DNA of 55,894 nt, from positions 8,034,256 through 8,090,149 of the forward strand of contig NC_068986.1 in assembly GCF_001194135.2 (NCBI RefSeq), written 5' to 3'. This stretch comes from Octopus bimaculoides. Its lineage: Eukaryota. A program made the position numbers and the translations under genes. The notes below the pieces were generated by a model, which was given only the letters and a program-made list of their open reading frames with translations, was not told where the DNA came from and did no database searches. Of the stretch, positions 51,890 to 55,894 are shown piece after piece; position 1 is the stretch's first letter; every line of letters starts with the position of its first letter.

Positions 51890-53419
51890 CACACATATAA
51901 ATATGTATGTGTGTACGAGTCTGTGTGTGCATGTGTATAGGTATGTAGGTAGAGGAAATTTTACATTGCGGACTTTTAATAATTATTCTAATACACTGTT
52001 CACCACGTCACTTTACGTGCAAAGAATTCTAATAAGAGCATTCGCAGTTTTTCTTTCACTTTTCCATTCTTTCCCAATTATCATTATAAACTATCTAGAT
52101 TCCGATTAACACTTATTCACACTATTCTGCAACAACATCTCAACAAAAAGCCAAAAACACTTTCCGAACGTGATTATATTTAAAATGACAGATATTTTTA
52201 TTTATCTTTTTATAGAACTCTTCTATTTATGTCTAATATAAATCCTCTCTTTTACCTACTCCGCGACGTTTCCTCACATTATCCACCAAACCCTGCCATT
52301 GTTCTATGCTTTAGTAGAACAAGCTTTTGTACTATGGTCTTTTTTATTAATTCAAGAGACGAAACATTGAAAGAAATTATATTTGTTCCCTGTAAAAAAC
52401 ATGAACCAGGTTCCATTTCTTTGTTGCTGCGACCCTTCATCTTTCATAATTGAATCATGTTACTGAAGAAGTTTTTTTTTCTCTTATATTTTTCCTAACT
52501 GTAGCCTTTTTAATATATTTTTATTTATATAGTTTTGATACTTTTAAGTAAAGCACATATAAAAGCGCCAATACAAGCCGTTTGCCACTACTAATCTAGG
52601 CATAAGATCACACATGATTCGGGTGATATATTTAAAGTATGACCTATCAATATATTTGTATTAGTTCAAACCTTTATCGATGTAGGTCAATAGCCCTTTC
52701 AGTCTCTTTTCACGACCTATCTTCATTCCCAACGTGTAATTCGAATGCTGGCTACAAGGGAAAGTCTACTACAGGTAGAGGAGGTCGGCACTGTGGTTTT
52801 AAATCGGTCCGCTACTCGTTTTATTGAGATAGAAAAAACAAAGTTGATCTCAGTAGTATTTGAAAGCAGAACGTAAAGATACTTAACTCGGCAAGCTTCT
52901 GTATTTATATCATAAAACCACTAATTCCGATAATCTTGCTCCTCTGTTAAGACAACCTTACTGTCAGCCAACCTATGACAGTATTCTGTACAGAGTCGTC
53001 TCTTGAGAAACGTTGGATTGTGATTGGCTTACATCAATTTGCTTTGTTTTCATATTTCGATTGTTTTTGGTTTTGTTTCGTTTCTAGTATTATTTTAGTG
53101 TTTCATCTGTTGTATAAGTGAAATATGAGTCGCTATTTCGTTGACTGTATAGTTGTGTTTCTTACTGTATCGACCAGTGACTGTGTTGAATACGTGGTGA
53201 ATAAGTTGTGCATATATTAATGGCTGGCGAAATCGTAGAACCTGAATCGTGTGAAATGTTGACGTTAGAATGTCATACCGCCGCCATTATGAATCTCTCT
53301 GAGTTATGTTATTGGATGATAATACAGTAGCTAATATATATTGCTGTGTTACATTGTGGAAATCTGCAGAATATATGTTGTATAAGTTGTCTCGATTATT
53401 GGATAAATATTACGTGGAG

Positions 53420-54400
53420 TATGTATTTGGTGTCTAAGTTGATGTCAGTTCAGTTTTCCATCCCACCATACTTCTCTTCAAGAAACACGTTACATTCCTC
53501 GCAGTTCCAACCATATCTAAGCACTCGATGAACAACGAATGTGGAATCATATCATAAGCTTTACGATAGTCAATCCAGGCCATTCCCAGATTTGTTCTCC
53601 GTTTACAATCTTGCATTGCCGTTTTGTCCATCAATAATTGATCTTTGGTACCTCTGAAACTCCGGCGGTAATATACCGTCCTCATCCAGGAATTTATACA
53701 GTTCTTCTGAAATTCCTCCTGAAAATAACTTCCACATTAACGGGTGGCAAGAAATTGGTCTGTAATTGTCAGCAGCATTTCCCTTTGTCGTATCCTTCAG
53801 GCGCAATACCGTTCGTCCTTTTGACAATCAACCCGGGATTTCTTCTCCATTGATCAATGCATTAAATTGTTCTGCGGTCAATTTATGGCAACTACTGAAC
53901 ATTTTTTATTCCAAATCCCTGTACCCCATCAGTTCCTGCTGCTTTCCAATTGCTTATCTTTTTACTCATATTTTTGATACTGTCTTCTGTGAAGTGGATA
54001 GTCTCTTGCTGGCGATAAGCTGTTTGTTTCAGGCTGCAGAACCATTCAACTGTAGTATTATATTGTCCTTGCTTAATCCATATCTTATCCCTAAAAAGGT
54101 CGACTTTCATCAGCATCAGGGACTAATCTTTTACGTTTTTTATCATCATTAATCTCTTGATAAAATCTTTTTTGGTCCGGTCTAAACAATTCGTTTTGCT
54201 GGTATTGCTTAATCCGTTGTTCAAACCTTGTTGGCTTTGCTATTTTTTTAATGTATGCGCTGCTTCAGTTCTTCAATTACAATATTCAGGACTCTTGTAC
54301 CTACACCATACTTCTTCCCAACTTTTTCGAATTTCCATTCATTCTTAAAATCTCCATTTCTGTTCCCGAGAAGAATTGACCCTACACTGTCAAAGGTATG
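53420..54400 (-). mobile_element. R4/Dong-clade non-LTR retrotransposon fragment (pre-RT region and N-terminal RT)
   Basis: [79 protein letters not shown] and WKTEL, with frameshifts between them. Confidence 0.88.
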
Positions 54401-55004
54401 GGATATTCCGCCATCAGAGACAGATAGGGAAAATGAGAATCGTATATATCAATGAGGTGACGACATAAAAGAAGGGAGTAAAGGAATAAGAAGATGAAGA
54501 GAGAGAGAAGAAAAATGAAGCATAAAAGTTCATAGTTTAACTTTCCGATGTTGTAGAAATAAGTCCTTAGGTGCAATCTTGCATAGAGCCTTGTGGATTA
54601 AAATCCTGATATAATAAACATCCAGAGAAAAAAGACGCGAACACCCATAACGCCACTGCTAAAAATAATTCTAAGCCCACTGACCTAAGCCAGAACGGAT
54701 ACAGGTATTTACTACTAGATTTCTTCTCCAACACCTGTACACTTTAAAACTACCACCGATACCTACGACTCTCTTTTAATTCCTTTCATTTTGCCCTATT
54801 TTTTAAAACCCTATCTTCCTCTACTTCCTCATCCTTTCTCCTATCTTCTTGGCTACCCCGTACACAATATTCTTAGACACCATACGGCGATACACCTTAC
54901 GTTATCCTAAAACTAATCCTTAAATCCCCCCTCCCCACTCTTTTCTTTTACCACTTAATAGCCACCTCCGCTACCATTTTGTTATTCATTTCACCTTCTT
55001 TACA

Positions 55005-55344
55005 ACAGCAGTTGCCACATTTCCATCATGCTGTTCAACCTGGGTATTATGCATGAACTGAGTAGCAAATTTTTAGCTCTCCTTCATGACAGAATGAAGC
55101 TTCATACATCTCTCATGACTTTCAACGAGACTTAGCATCCAGTCGTTAGATGTTTCAAGATATTTGGCCAGTTCAGTTGCGGTAGTTTTGTAAGATATTT
55201 GAAATTGGATGAAGCCTTGAGCTCCTGGGCTCTCATAGGTAAAGACGATCTGTGTCAGGTGCATCTTATTGAAGGTCAGCAGCGTACGGGTTTTCCTGTC
55301 AATTTTCTTTATTTCGCTGATATTCCAGTTCAACACATGGAAAC

Positions 55345-55345
<1 letters not shown>
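55005..55345 (-). mobile_element. R4/Dong-clade fragment (post-RT region)
   Basis: NWNISEIKKIDRKTRTLLTFNKMH...GAQGFIQFQISYKTT...YLETSNDWML matches R4-type W...EL..IDRKTRK.LT...HHP....RLY.....GGRGL. Confidence 0.8.
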
Positions 55346-55408
<63 letters not shown>

Positions 55409-55752
55409 TAGTAATCTTATCTTTATCACATGTTTTTACTGCACTACCGAGCACAGCTCTGTGTGCCTTCGGTATGTGCTGTGGTTTGCTGGGATGCTCT
55501 TAATTTTACTATATTGAAAGTGTTCTACGTAGAATGTGTGCGGTGCCTAGTAGTGCTATTTTCTGTATGTTATATATACTTGTTAGTCCTGGTATTGTTG
55601 TTATGTATTTGTCTAAATATTTTTATCATACCTAATGCGCCTAGTATGATAGGAACTGTTTCTGTTTTTAGACTCTACATTCGAGTTACTTCTACTTCCA
55701 GGTCCTTGTATTTTGAAAGTTTCTCCGTTTCTTTTAGAGAAACATTATCAAC
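55346..55752 (-). mobile_element. R4/Dong-clade 3' end: RLE endonuclease C-terminus, 3' UTR and (TAA)n tail
   Basis: VSLKETEKLSKYKDLEVEVTRM*SLKTETVPIILGALG matches the RLE motif KE.EK..KY.DL..E..RMW......PIVIGALG. The (AAT)n tail is at 55346-55409. Confidence 0.85.
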
Positions 55753-55781
55753 TATTGGAATTAACGCATCGATTAGAAAGC

Positions 55782-55893
<112 letters not shown>

Positions 55894-55894
55894 T

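Overview
Eukaryotic, AT-rich, microsatellite-dense draft-assembly DNA with 12 N gaps. The SINE and LINE families resemble those I recognise from coleoid cephalopods (octopus-like), but that assignment is inference. I found no intact protein-coding gene, tRNA or rRNA gene, or CRISPR array, and most ORFs in the supplied track are artefacts of microsatellites and N gaps. The window is mostly decayed mobile elements: two mariner copies, a near full-length Tc1 (DD34E) element with perfect 23-bp TIRs, several RTE-clade LINE fragments, a stack of R4/Dong-like fragments joined by (TAA)n, two tRNA-derived SINE families, a non-autonomous Helitron and several Penelope-like (PLE) remnants. The main points of interest are: (1) a Penelope RT-thumb/GIY-YIG relic split by the Helitron and faced by a diverged inverted paralog (13459-16800); (2) minimal hammerhead-ribozyme-like motifs at PLE ends (10127-10172, 19757-19792, and both arms of a 138-bp inverted repeat at 42104-42663); (3) a 47-bp inverted, apparently templated insertion inside an RTE fragment; (4) a weak minus-strand exon chain (29169 to 25570) that could be the only host gene trace. 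All translations and alignments were done by eye, and boundaries of degenerate elements are approximate.
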